NCBI GenBank assembly: GCA_964490415.1
Contig: CAZBDE010000001.1
Span: 1-48,790 of the forward strand
Origin: an uncultured Pseudoxanthomonas sp.
GTDB taxonomy: Bacteria; Pseudomonadota; Gammaproteobacteria; Xanthomonadales; Xanthomonadaceae
DNA length: 48,790 bases
Reading direction: 5' to 3'
Position 1 is the first letter of the stretch. Each line of letters starts with the position of its first letter. The position numbers and the translations under genes are program-made. Below, in pieces: positions 23,249 through 31,923 of the stretch. The notes beneath the pieces are model-generated. The model was given only the letters and a program-made list of their open reading frames with translations. It ran no database searches and was not told where the DNA came from.

Positions 23249-24694
23249 ATGATCCAGAAACGGTCGCCCCATCCCGTCCACGCTTCATCGCCCGGGCACG
23301 GGCAGGCGCCGGTCCTGGCGCTGGTGCTGGCGCTGGCCGCCGCCCTCGCCAGCCCTGCGGCGCTGGCCCAGGTCGATACCGATGCGATCGCCGACCTGCT
23401 GGACGAACCCGGCAGCGCGGGCCTGGGCTTCCTCTACCGCATCGAGGAATCCCCGTACCTCGACGCCGGCCAGCGCAGCGACCTGCTGCCGCTGTACCTG
23501 TACGAAGGCGAGCGCCTGTTCCTCAATGCCGACCGCGCCGGAATCAAGCTGGTGGAGGACGACGGACAGCGCCTGGATGTGTTCCTGTCGCGGCGCATGG
23601 AAGGCTTCCCGATGGACGACGTGCCCGACGTACTCGAGGGGATGAAGCCGCGCGAGGCCGGTGGAGACCTCGGCCTGCGCTACCGCCATGACGCGCCCTG
23701 GGGCACGCTGCGCGCCACCGTGCTGCATGACGTGACCAGCGCCTCGGGTGGCGGCGAGCTGCGGCTGGGCTATTCGCACACCTGGCGTGGCGAGCGCTGG
23801 GTCCTGCGTCCGGACGTGACCCTGTCCTTCCGCAGTGCCGACCTCAACAACTACTACTACGGCGTCGAGCCCGGCGAGGCCACCCCGGAGCGCCCGGCCT
23901 ACGCGCCGGGCAGCGGCACCGACTTCACCGTCGGCGTGTACGGCACCCGGGGCTTCCTGCAGAACTGGCGCCTGATCGGCGGAATCGCGGTGACCGCGCA
24001 CGACAGCGTGGTCACCGACAGTCCGATCATCCGCGACGACAAGTTCAATCCGTCGCTGTTCCTGGGTACGGTCTACGACTTCGGCACGCCGATCGCACGC
24101 TGGGACGACGAGGACGTGCCGACGCTGCTGAAGGTGTTCTACGGCCGCGCCTCGGGCGATGGCTGCCACATGGCCAAGATCATGACCCTCAGCTGCACCT
24201 CGCTGGACCACGAGTTCCCCAGCAGCGTGACCGGCGTGCACTGGGGCAAGCCGTTCGTGGAGCGGGTGAACGGCTGGCCGGTGGATTTCCACGGCTACGT
24301 CGGCCTCCTGTACCGCAACGAGATGAACCGGATCCAGCCGAACGGCTGGCAGGTCGACGCGTACATGAAGGGGTTCTTCTACGGCTTCCCGTGGAGCCAC
24401 CGGGTCAACACCCGGATCGGCATGGGCTTCGGCATTTCCTATGCGAACCACGTGCCGTCGCCGGAAGTCATCAGCCAGGACCGGCGCGAGCGGCCCACCT
24501 CCAAGCTGCTCAATTACCTGGACCCGAGCATCGACATCAGCCTGGGCGACCTGTTCCGTTCCGAACGGCTGAAGCAGACCTACTTCGGCCTGGGCATCTC
24601 GCACCGTTCCGGCATCTTCGCCAGCTCGCGGCTGCTGGGCAGCGTCAATGGCGGATCGAACTACATCATCGCCTACGTGGAAACCACGCTGTAG
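23249..24694 (+). CDS. MipA/OmpV-family outer-membrane protein with an extra C-terminal domain
   Basis: Signal peptide ending ALA; SPY...LLPLYLYEGERLF, HDV...SGGGE, LNNYYYGV, DSPI. About 190 further residues rich in amphipathic strands. True start is inside ORF 21728..24694. Confidence 0.75.
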   Translation: MIQKRSPHPVHASSPGHGQAPVLALVLALAAALASPAALAQVDTDAIADLLDEPGSAGLGFLYRIEESPYLDAGQRSDLLPLYLYEGERLFLNADRAGIKLVEDDGQRLDVFLSRRMEGFPMDDVPDVLEGMKPREAGGDLGLRYRHDAPWGTLRATVLHDVTSASGGGELRLGYSHTWRGERWVLRPDVTLSFRSADLNNYYYGVEPGEATPERPAYAPGSGTDFTVGVYGTRGFLQNWRLIGGIAVTAHDSVVTDSPIIRDDKFNPSLFLGTVYDFGTPIARWDDEDVPTLLKVFYGRASGDGCHMAKIMTLSCTSLDHEFPSSVTGVHWGKPFVERVNGWPVDFHGYVGLLYRNEMNRIQPNGWQVDAYMKGFFYGFPWSHRVNTRIGMGFGISYANHVPSPEVISQDRRERPTSKLLNYLDPSIDISLGDLFRSERLKQTYFGLGISHRSGIFASSRLLGSVNGGSNYIIAYVETTL

Positions 24695-24800
24695 CCCCCG
24701 CCGGCCCAGGGCAGGGAAGGCTGGTCCCGTCGCGACGGATTCCTGCAGGCGGGAAGGCGGCCGGCGGCGGTTTGCCGCTAGGCGCCGCCCGCATGCCTCC

Positions 24801-26510
24801 TCAGTCCTGGCGCGTCGGCGCGTCGGCCACAGGCGCCGGCAATCCCTCCCAGTGCTCGCGCGGGACCAGCTTCGGCGATTCCGGATCGGCCTCGTAGTTG
24901 GGCGACATGATCTGCACGCCCTCGGCATTGAACGCATCCTGGATCTGCGCATGCAGTTCGCTCAGGACCAGGAAGCGGCGCAGCGAGTCGGCCACGCGCA
25001 CGCGCAGGCGGTAATCGACGTAGAAATCCGACAATCCCGTCTGCAGCACGAAGGGCCGCGGCTCCGCGGCGATGCCGGCGGTGCGCGACGCGGCATCCAG
25101 CAACAGCCGGTGCACCTGCCGCCACGGCGTGTCGTAGCCGATGGTGACGCCGGTTTCCATCCACATGCCCGGCCCGTCGGGATGGCGCGAGTAGTTGTGC
25201 AACTGGCCGCCCAGCACGACGTTGTTGGGGATGCTGACCTCGACCCCGGCGATCGTGCGCAGGCGCGTGGTGAACAGGCCGATCTGCATCACCACGCCTT
25301 CGACCTCGCCGCAACGCACGTAGTCGCCCACCGACATGGTCCGCGAATAGAGGATGGTCAGGCCACCGGCCGCCTGGCTGACGATGCTGGACGCGCCGAG
25401 CGAGATCATCAGGCCGACCAGCACGCTCAACCCCTTGAACGCATCGGTGTCGGAGCCGGGCAGGTAGGGGTAGGCCATGGCCAGCGCGAACAGCCAGATC
25501 ACCACGTTGACCATCTTGCGGGTCGGCTCGGCCAGGACCGCGTCGATGCCGAACAACTGGAAGCGTCCCTCGGCCACGCCGCGGAAGGTGAGGGCGACCG
25601 TATGGGTGAGCAGGCGGGCCAGCAGGAAGATCAGCAGCGCGGCGAACAGGCCGGGCAGGGCGCCGGCGATGGCATGGCCCCAGCCGCGCAGCAGGTCGAC
25701 CATCCAGCCGGTCATCGCATCGGCCCAGGGCCGGGTGAAGCCGAACTGGCCGAGGACGAAGCGCACCCATTCCTCCGCGATCACGAACAGCGCGACCGCG
25801 ATGACGACCTTCAGCAGCCAGTCGCCGACGATGCGCACGCCGGTCAGCAGGTGTTGCAGCGAGCCAGGTGAGGCCGAGTCGGCCCGCCGACGCAGCCAGT
25901 CGCGCGCGTACGCGCGTGCGCGGCGCCCCAGCCACAGCGTGGCCACGACCAGTGCGAGGGCCACGGCAGTGCCCAGCAACGACCACAGCACGCCCTGCGT
26001 CACACGCATGGGCGCCTGTTCACGCTGGGCGACGGTCACCGCATCGCCCAGCCGGCGGGCGATGCCGCTGCGTGCCTGTGCCATCGTTTCGTCGCTGAGG
26101 ACGTCGAGATCGCCAGGCGTCAGGATCATGACCAGTTCGCCGGACAGCAGCACCAGCAGGCCTTCCGACGAAGGCTTGAACTCGACCTTGGCCGATCCGA
26201 AACGCTCGAAGGCGCGGTTGATGGCCGCTTCCGCGGTCCGTGCGCGCAGTTGCGGATCCCGGCCCATGAACTCGGTGCGCAGGGTGACGATGTCGCGGTT
26301 GTAGAAGCGGACGGTGGCTTCCTCGAAGGCCGGGCGAGCCTCGACCGCCGCGGGCTTGGCCTCGCCGCGGGCAGGCACCGCCGGCGTCGGCGTGGACGCG
26401 GGCGATGCCGCGAGCGGAAACCCCACGACCAGCAGCAACAGCATCGCCGGAAGCCCGATTCCGGCACACAGGCGACGCCAGCCGCCGGGCGATTGCGCAG
26501 TCCGATTCAT
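24801..26510 (-). CDS. MscS-family mechanosensitive channel with periplasmic N-terminal domain
   Basis: Signal peptide, TM bundle, VGDYVRCGEVEGVV..IGLFTT, IPNN, IGYD, IQDAFNAEGVQIMSP. Confidence 0.88.
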   Translation of the reverse strand: MNRTAQSPGGWRRLCAGIGLPAMLLLLVVGFPLAASPASTPTPAVPARGEAKPAAVEARPAFEEATVRFYNRDIVTLRTEFMGRDPQLRARTAEAAINRAFERFGSAKVEFKPSSEGLLVLLSGELVMILTPGDLDVLSDETMAQARSGIARRLGDAVTVAQREQAPMRVTQGVLWSLLGTAVALALVVATLWLGRRARAYARDWLRRRADSASPGSLQHLLTGVRIVGDWLLKVVIAVALFVIAEEWVRFVLGQFGFTRPWADAMTGWMVDLLRGWGHAIAGALPGLFAALLIFLLARLLTHTVALTFRGVAEGRFQLFGIDAVLAEPTRKMVNVVIWLFALAMAYPYLPGSDTDAFKGLSVLVGLMISLGASSIVSQAAGGLTILYSRTMSVGDYVRCGEVEGVVMQIGLFTTRLRTIAGVEVSIPNNVVLGGQLHNYSRHPDGPGMWMETGVTIGYDTPWRQVHRLLLDAASRTAGIAAEPRPFVLQTGLSDFYVDYRLRVRVADSLRRFLVLSELHAQIQDAFNAEGVQIMSPNYEADPESPKLVPREHWEGLPAPVADAPTRQD

Positions 26511-26758
26511 GCTCGGTCCCGATCACAGGTGCGGGGATTACGCTGCCATCGTCCTGACCATGGCCCCGGTTCCATGGGGTAATAGATGTACCGCACAACG
26601 CCGGGCGGCCGCTATTGGGCCTTGGCCTGTATTGGTCATCCCGCTCCAAAGGGAGTGGGATACAAAGACCCTCGGGAGGGTGGAGTCCAGCCGGAAAAAG
26701 CGGAGGGAAGGTAACCAGCGCGGGCAGTTCGCGGTTCCGGAGGTATGCTGCTTCCGAT

Positions 26759-26786
26759 ATTTCGCATAATGAAGCTTATGTAACAT
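26759..26786 (+). other. dif-like XerC/XerD recombination site (probable chromosomal dif)
   Basis: ATTTCGCATAA-TGAAGC-TTATGTAACAT has 11-6-11 layout with CGCATAA and TTATGT arms; intergenic, AT-rich; lies inside the KOPS polarity switch. Confidence 0.75.
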
Positions 26787-26934
26787 CTTGAATCAAGGGT
26801 CAGCGGAGCTGGTGCCCTGTCAGTTGCAAAAGTTCTCGCAACAGACTGATTTTTCGAGCCAATTATGTTCCATAACATGTGCCGCGCGGGCGCTGGTAGT
26901 CGTCGTTTAGAACTCCTCTTTCCGGAGGGGACCT

Positions 26935-27360
26935 GTGTTACCACATCGCTGCCGGCGGGCCCGCACATCGATGGCCACGGTCAATCAGGAGATCAAGGGG
27001 CTGCGCGCGTTCTACCGGTACGCGCAGGTCTTCCATGACATGCCGGCCACGGAAATGGGCAAGATCCCGCGCATGCGCCGGCCGCCCCAACGGCTGCCGC
27101 GCTTCCTCACCGACGCGGAGGTCGGACGGGTGCTGGGGGCTGCTGCCGCTGGACACGTTCCTGGGCCTGCGCGACTACGCGATGATCCTGACCCTGTACG
27201 TGACCGGCCTGCGCGCCGGCGAGATGATCCGCATGTGCACCAGCCACCTGGTCAGCGACGGGATGCTGTACGTCCAAGGCAAGGCGTGCCGCGACCGTTA
27301 CGTGCCGCTGGGCGCGCCGCTGGCCGGCGTACTGGAGGGCTACCTGCACGCCCGTGCCGT
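26935..27360 (+). pseudogene. Frameshifted, truncated XerC/D-like tyrosine recombinase
   Basis: Frame 1: ATVNQEIKGLRAFYRY...RLPRFLTDAEVGRVLG. After the G5 run at 27135-27139 it continues in another frame: LRDYAMILTLYVTGLRAGE...VQGKACRDRYVPL. No HxxR or catalytic Tyr region. Confidence 0.8.
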
Positions 27361-27514
27361 GCCATCGCTGGCCTGCCACTTCTCGGTGCACTGGCGGCCC
27401 TCGATGCCGCACAGCCGGCCCTTGGCCACCGAGCAGCACATCGCGGTCCTGGACCCGTCGATAGCTGCTCGCCGCGGCCACCGCAGTCCGGCTCATTGCG
27501 TAGCTGTCGGGGTG

Positions 27515-29275
27515 CTACTGCTCGCTAGAAAATGTCCCTGACACCTTTTTTTCTGACACCTTTTTTTCCCGCGCCTTCCGGTCTTCCTGGAACTCGACCA
27601 CGTGCGGGAGTGCGCGCAGCAATTTCGAGTGCGGGTCGAGCGTGTAGGTCTCGCCCTCCGGCAAGGCGATGCCGTCGCTGCCTGCGGCCATGGCCAGCGT
27701 ATGAACCGCGCCGTCGACGCCGCCGATGCGCACTTCCACCGGCATCGGGAACGGCAGGTCGTCCGGTGTCTTCCAGTGCAGCCGGAGCATGCCGGCGCTG
27801 CGCTCGGCGACCAGTTCCGGCAACGCGGCGCGGTACAGGTACACGTCGAAGAACCAGCCGTAGTCGCGCCCCGTGACCTCGTTGACGATGTCGATGAAGT
27901 CGCGGCTGGACGCGTAGCGCGGCTGGAAATTGCCGGGCGCCGGGGCATCCGTGCCGTAGACCAGCCGGCGGGTGCTGGCGAAGAAGGCTTCGTCGCCGAT
28001 CAGCCCGCGCAGCGTGTGCAGGATCAGCGAGCCCTTCTGGTAGATGTCGGAGCCGGGACCGTCCTCGTCGTCGTAGACGGCCTCGACGGCCTGCGACTTG
28101 CCGGACACGAGCGGGTGCCGGTTCGCGATCTTCGCGCGCTGGTCCAGCAGCGCCGCGTGGTACTCCATGTCGCCGCGCAGGTACTGCAGGTAGAGCGGCT
28201 GCATGTAGCTGCCGAAGCCTTCGTGCAGCCACATGTCGTCCCAGTCCACGTTGGTCAGCTGGTTGCCGAACCACTCGTGCGCGAACTCGTGCTGGAGCAG
28301 CCAGTCGTAGCCGTACTTGTCCTTCCTGTAGTCGTTGCCGTAGGCGTTGACGGTCTGGTGCTCCATGCCCAGGTGCGGCGTCTCGACCACACCCATCTTC
28401 TCGCCGGCGAACGGATAGGGCCCGATCGTCCGCTCGAAGAAGTCGAGCATCGGCGCGAACTCGCCGAACAGGCCCCTGGCCTTCTCCTCGTTGCCCCGCA
28501 GGTGCCAGAAGTGCAGCGGAACGGTGTTGCCGAAGCGGCTGCGGTATTCGCCCTGCAGTTCCTCGTAAGGGCCGATGTTCAGCGCGATGGCGTAGGTGTT
28601 CGGCGATTCCGTGCGCCAGCGGTAGGTGCGCCAGCCGTCGCTTTCCTCCATTCCCAGCGCGACGCCGTTGCCGACCGCGACCAGCGGCGCCGGCACGGTG
28701 ATGCGCTGCTCGACGACCCGCGGTTCGCCCTGCGGATGATCGATGCATGGCCAGAACAGGTCGCAGCCCTCCCCCTGCACGGCGGTGGCGATCCACGGCT
28801 CGCCGCCGGGCGCGGTCGACCAGACGAAGCCGCCGTCCCAGGGTGCCCGCTTCGCCACCCGCGGCTGGCCGGCATACACGATCCGGACCTTGACGGCCTC
28901 CCCGGCCGGGACCGGCTGCGGCAGGTCGATGCTCAACCGGCCTTCCGGATTGCGCCAGGACGACGCCGGCAGGGCCGCGCCGTCGACCTCGACCGCGCCC
29001 ACTTCCAGATTGCGGTCCAGGTCCACCACCACCCGCTCCAGCCGCGAGAGCGCGCGGAAAGTGAGCGTCGCGTCGCCTTCGATCGCCTGCCGGTCCGGGA
29101 ACACCTTGAAGCCCAGGTCCGCGCGCTCAAACGCCACGGCCAACTGCTCCTGCGCCCGCGGTGCCCCGGAGGCCAGGGTAAGCGGGGTAGTCTCCCGGGC
29201 CGGGCCGGCAGCGCGATCGGTACAGCCTGCGCACAGCAGGAGGCAGGTTGCGGTCAACGGAAGAAGCAGCTTCAT
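27515..29275 (-). CDS. M1-family zinc aminopeptidase (lipoprotein)
   Basis: Lipobox CAGC; GMEH; HEFAHEWFGN...WLHEG; YQKG. Confidence 0.9.
   Translation of the reverse strand: MKLLLPLTATCLLLCAGCTDRAAGPARETTPLTLASGAPRAQEQLAVAFERADLGFKVFPDRQAIEGDATLTFRALSRLERVVVDLDRNLEVGAVEVDGAALPASSWRNPEGRLSIDLPQPVPAGEAVKVRIVYAGQPRVAKRAPWDGGFVWSTAPGGEPWIATAVQGEGCDLFWPCIDHPQGEPRVVEQRITVPAPLVAVGNGVALGMEESDGWRTYRWRTESPNTYAIALNIGPYEELQGEYRSRFGNTVPLHFWHLRGNEEKARGLFGEFAPMLDFFERTIGPYPFAGEKMGVVETPHLGMEHQTVNAYGNDYRKDKYGYDWLLQHEFAHEWFGNQLTNVDWDDMWLHEGFGSYMQPLYLQYLRGDMEYHAALLDQRAKIANRHPLVSGKSQAVEAVYDDEDGPGSDIYQKGSLILHTLRGLIGDEAFFASTRRLVYGTDAPAPGNFQPRYASSRDFIDIVNEVTGRDYGWFFDVYLYRAALPELVAERSAGMLRLHWKTPDDLPFPMPVEVRIGGVDGAVHTLAMAAGSDGIALPEGETYTLDPHSKLLRALPHVVEFQEDRKAREKKVSEKKVSGTFSSEQ
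27538..27567. repeat. Perfect 15-bp tandem repeat (ctgacaccttttttt x2)
   Basis: Copies at 27538-27552 and 27553-27567; encodes EKKVS-EKKVS at the peptidase C-terminus. Confidence 0.9.
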
Positions 29276-29455
29276 GCGCAGTCGTCAGGAAGAGGATTTG
29301 CCCATGATGACAGCGGGCGTGCCGCTCATCCTGTGCTTATTGTCATGGCGCGCGTACCGCGCCGGAAGCGCGAACGTACCGTGGCCGGTCGCCCCGGATG
29401 CAGGCGCCCGTTGCAAGGTGTAGCCTCCATCCGGGCTGCAGGCCGGAAGTTTCCC

Positions 29456-30349
29456 ATGATCGAACTCATCATCCCGCAGCGCCGCCGCGACCTCGGCAGC
29501 TTCGAGGTCGGTCGCGTGCTGCCGTTCGCCAAACGCCGCATGGTGGGGCCCTACATCTTCTTCGACCGCATCGGGCCGAAGGACCTGGCACCCGGCCTGC
29601 CGCGCGAAGCGGACGTGCGCCCCCACCCCCATATCGGCCTGTCCACGATCACCTACCTGTACGACGGCGAGATCATGCACCGCGACAGCGTCGGTTCCGA
29701 GCAGTCGATCCGGCCCGGCGAGGTGAACTGGATGACCGCGGGCCGCGGCATCACCCATTCCGAACGCTTCGAACGGCTGCGTCGCGAGGGCGGTCCCATC
29801 GACGGCGTCCAGCTCTGGGTGGCGCTGCCCGACGGGCGCGAGGAAATGGATCCGGGCTTCTGGCACTACCCCAGCGATGCGCTGCCGGTGTTCGATGGCG
29901 ACGGCATCGCGGGACGCCTGATCGCCGGGCGCCTGGCGGGCGTGGCGTCGCCGGTAAAGGTCGATTCGCCGCAGTTCTACGTGCACTGGCAGCTGCGTGC
30001 GGGGGCACGGGCCTCGTTGCCGGCCGAGTACAGCGAGCGTGCGATCTATGTCGCCGGCGGCGAGGTCGAGGTGGAGGGCCAGCGCGTGGAGGCCGGGAAC
30101 ATGGCGGTGCTGGCGGCCGGCAAGGCGGCGGTCGTGGCGGCGCTCGGCGACGCCACGGTCATGGCGCTGGGCGGCGAGCCGGTGGGTCCGCGCTACATCG
30201 ACTGGAACTTCGTGTCGTCTTCGCAGGAGCGCATCGAGCAGGCCCGGGCCGACTGGGCCGCGGGCCGGATGAAGTTGCCGGACCTGGACAACGACGAGTT
30301 CATTCCGTTGCCGCCCAGGCTCGGCGCGGCACCCGAGCCCATGTCCTGA
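29456..30349 (+). CDS. Pirin family protein
   Basis: RRMVGPYIFFD, HPHIGLSTITY, HRDS, WMTAGRGITHSE, QLWVALP. True start is inside ORF 27602..30349. Confidence 0.93.
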   Translation: MIELIIPQRRRDLGSFEVGRVLPFAKRRMVGPYIFFDRIGPKDLAPGLPREADVRPHPHIGLSTITYLYDGEIMHRDSVGSEQSIRPGEVNWMTAGRGITHSERFERLRREGGPIDGVQLWVALPDGREEMDPGFWHYPSDALPVFDGDGIAGRLIAGRLAGVASPVKVDSPQFYVHWQLRAGARASLPAEYSERAIYVAGGEVEVEGQRVEAGNMAVLAAGKAAVVAALGDATVMALGGEPVGPRYIDWNFVSSSQERIEQARADWAAGRMKLPDLDNDEFIPLPPRLGAAPEPMS

Positions 30350-30397
30350 CCGCATGTCCCATGTCCGGGCCGGCCGGAGTCCTCCCGGCCGGAGTCC

Positions 30398-31615
30398 TCA
30401 AGGCCGGGACTCCTCGACCAGCCCTGGCGGCCGGGTCCGCCAGACGGATCCGCGCTGGGCCGCGCGGTAGCCCAGGTCGTACAGCCGCCGCATCTCGGCG
30501 GGATCGAAATCCGCCGGATCGGGAAGTTCGACGTCTTCCTCCACGGTCACCCAGCGGAACTCGGCGTTGCTGCGGCTGGCGAACGCATGCTCGCGGATCA
30601 GGTCGCCGGTGATGCCCGCGCGTGCCGAGACCTCGAACGAGCGCATCGCGATGCCGCCCAGCGAACGCGTCGTCGGACTCGGCGGCGGCTGCAGCTGGCC
30701 GTTGTGGATGATGTAGAGCTGTTCGACCGCCCTGCCCCGCGACTGCGCGGCGACCAGGCGCGACGGGTCGAAGGCGCCCACGTGCAGGAACACGTTGGCG
30801 CCGACGAATCCATCGACGTGCATCTCGTCGTAGCGCGCGCCACCGGCCTCCACCTGGAACAGCACCGGCGGGAACGCGACCGGCATCGACGAGGACGCCA
30901 GCATGATGCGCCGGAACAGGGCCAGCGCCTCGGCGTCGCCATGTCCGGCGATAAGCCCCATGTTCCAGATCGCGAAACGGCGCGAATCCAGTTCCACTGT
31001 GCCCATGTACAGGCGACGCCCGCGCCGGTGCTCGGCCGCCACGCGTGCGAGCAGTCCGGCGTCCACGTGCCTGGCGATCAGCGCCGCCAGCGGCCCGGTG
31101 TCGGCCATCGAATCGCGGCGCAGGAGCGCGAGCAACGGCGAACCGGCGTCGAACACGTCCTCGTTGCGCGTGGTCGTATAGAAATCCCGCAACGCCTCGT
31201 CTTCGACCGGCCCGAGGAACACGAACGGCGCCATCAGCGCGCCGGTGGATACGCCGGTGACGACCTTGAACAGCGGCCGTGTCCCGCTGGCGGTCCAGCC
31301 CTTCATGAACCCGGCCCCGAAGGCACCGTTCGCGCCGCCCCCGGAAAGCGCCAGATACGGATAGCGGATCGTGCCGTCGGGTGCGGCCGGGAAGTCGGCC
31401 GGCGACTCCTGCCGCAGCGAGCGGCTGAAATCGTCGGCCAGCGCCGCGCTCGGTTCCCCGGCCCAGCCGCGCACGCCGGGCATGCCCGGGATCGCGGCCT
31501 CGGACGTCAACTCGACCGGCACCGGGGTGCGCGGCAGCGTTGCGCAGCCGGACAGGACTGCCGCGAAGAAGAGGCAGGTGGCGAAACGTCCGGGCTTGCG
31601 CAGGAAAGCGATCAT
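30398..31615 (-). CDS. Patatin-like phospholipase (lipoprotein)
   Basis: Lipobox LSGC; LSGGGANGAFGAG, GVSTG nucleophile elbow, ASSSMP..FPP, HVDG. Confidence 0.88.
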   Translation of the reverse strand: MIAFLRKPGRFATCLFFAAVLSGCATLPRTPVPVELTSEAAIPGMPGVRGWAGEPSAALADDFSRSLRQESPADFPAAPDGTIRYPYLALSGGGANGAFGAGFMKGWTASGTRPLFKVVTGVSTGALMAPFVFLGPVEDEALRDFYTTTRNEDVFDAGSPLLALLRRDSMADTGPLAALIARHVDAGLLARVAAEHRRGRRLYMGTVELDSRRFAIWNMGLIAGHGDAEALALFRRIMLASSSMPVAFPPVLFQVEAGGARYDEMHVDGFVGANVFLHVGAFDPSRLVAAQSRGRAVEQLYIIHNGQLQPPPSPTTRSLGGIAMRSFEVSARAGITGDLIREHAFASRSNAEFRWVTVEEDVELPDPADFDPAEMRRLYDLGYRAAQRGSVWRTRPPGLVEESRP

Positions 31616-31923
31616 GATGATCGGGAAAATATATTGTTAATCAACATCTTATAATGCATATATGAAGTAAATTGAAATCGAAATCCCCGACATCCATCTG
31701 CAGCTCCCCTCCGACCTGCGGCACGGCGCCCTTGCCCCGCACCGATGCTCTGCCCGCCCGCCCCTGCCCCGATGGCCTTTCCGATGTGCGAAATCCGTGG
31801 CGCCAGGCATCCACGGCCGCCGTTCAGTGATAACGTCAAAGCCCCTGTACAGCAACCTGACCGGCTGAGCAAACCGGCGCCAAGGACGGTCTGGTGCGCC
31901 GGCCGGAATTTCCGGCCAAATCC

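Noticed and set aside
27135..27139. Programmed frameshift or phase variation restoring the recombinase
   Set aside because: Even when repaired, the protein lacks the HxxR and catalytic Tyr segment; decay or sequencing error is simpler.
30339..30400. Short direct repeats (catgtcc x3, ccggccggagtcctc x2) at the pirin/patatin junction
   Set aside because: Too short and GC-rich; consistent with local slippage.
31719..31737. Sigma54 -24/-12 promoter before the ketosynthase (cggcac...ttgc)
   Set aside because: GG-to-GC spacing is 12 nt, not the required 10.
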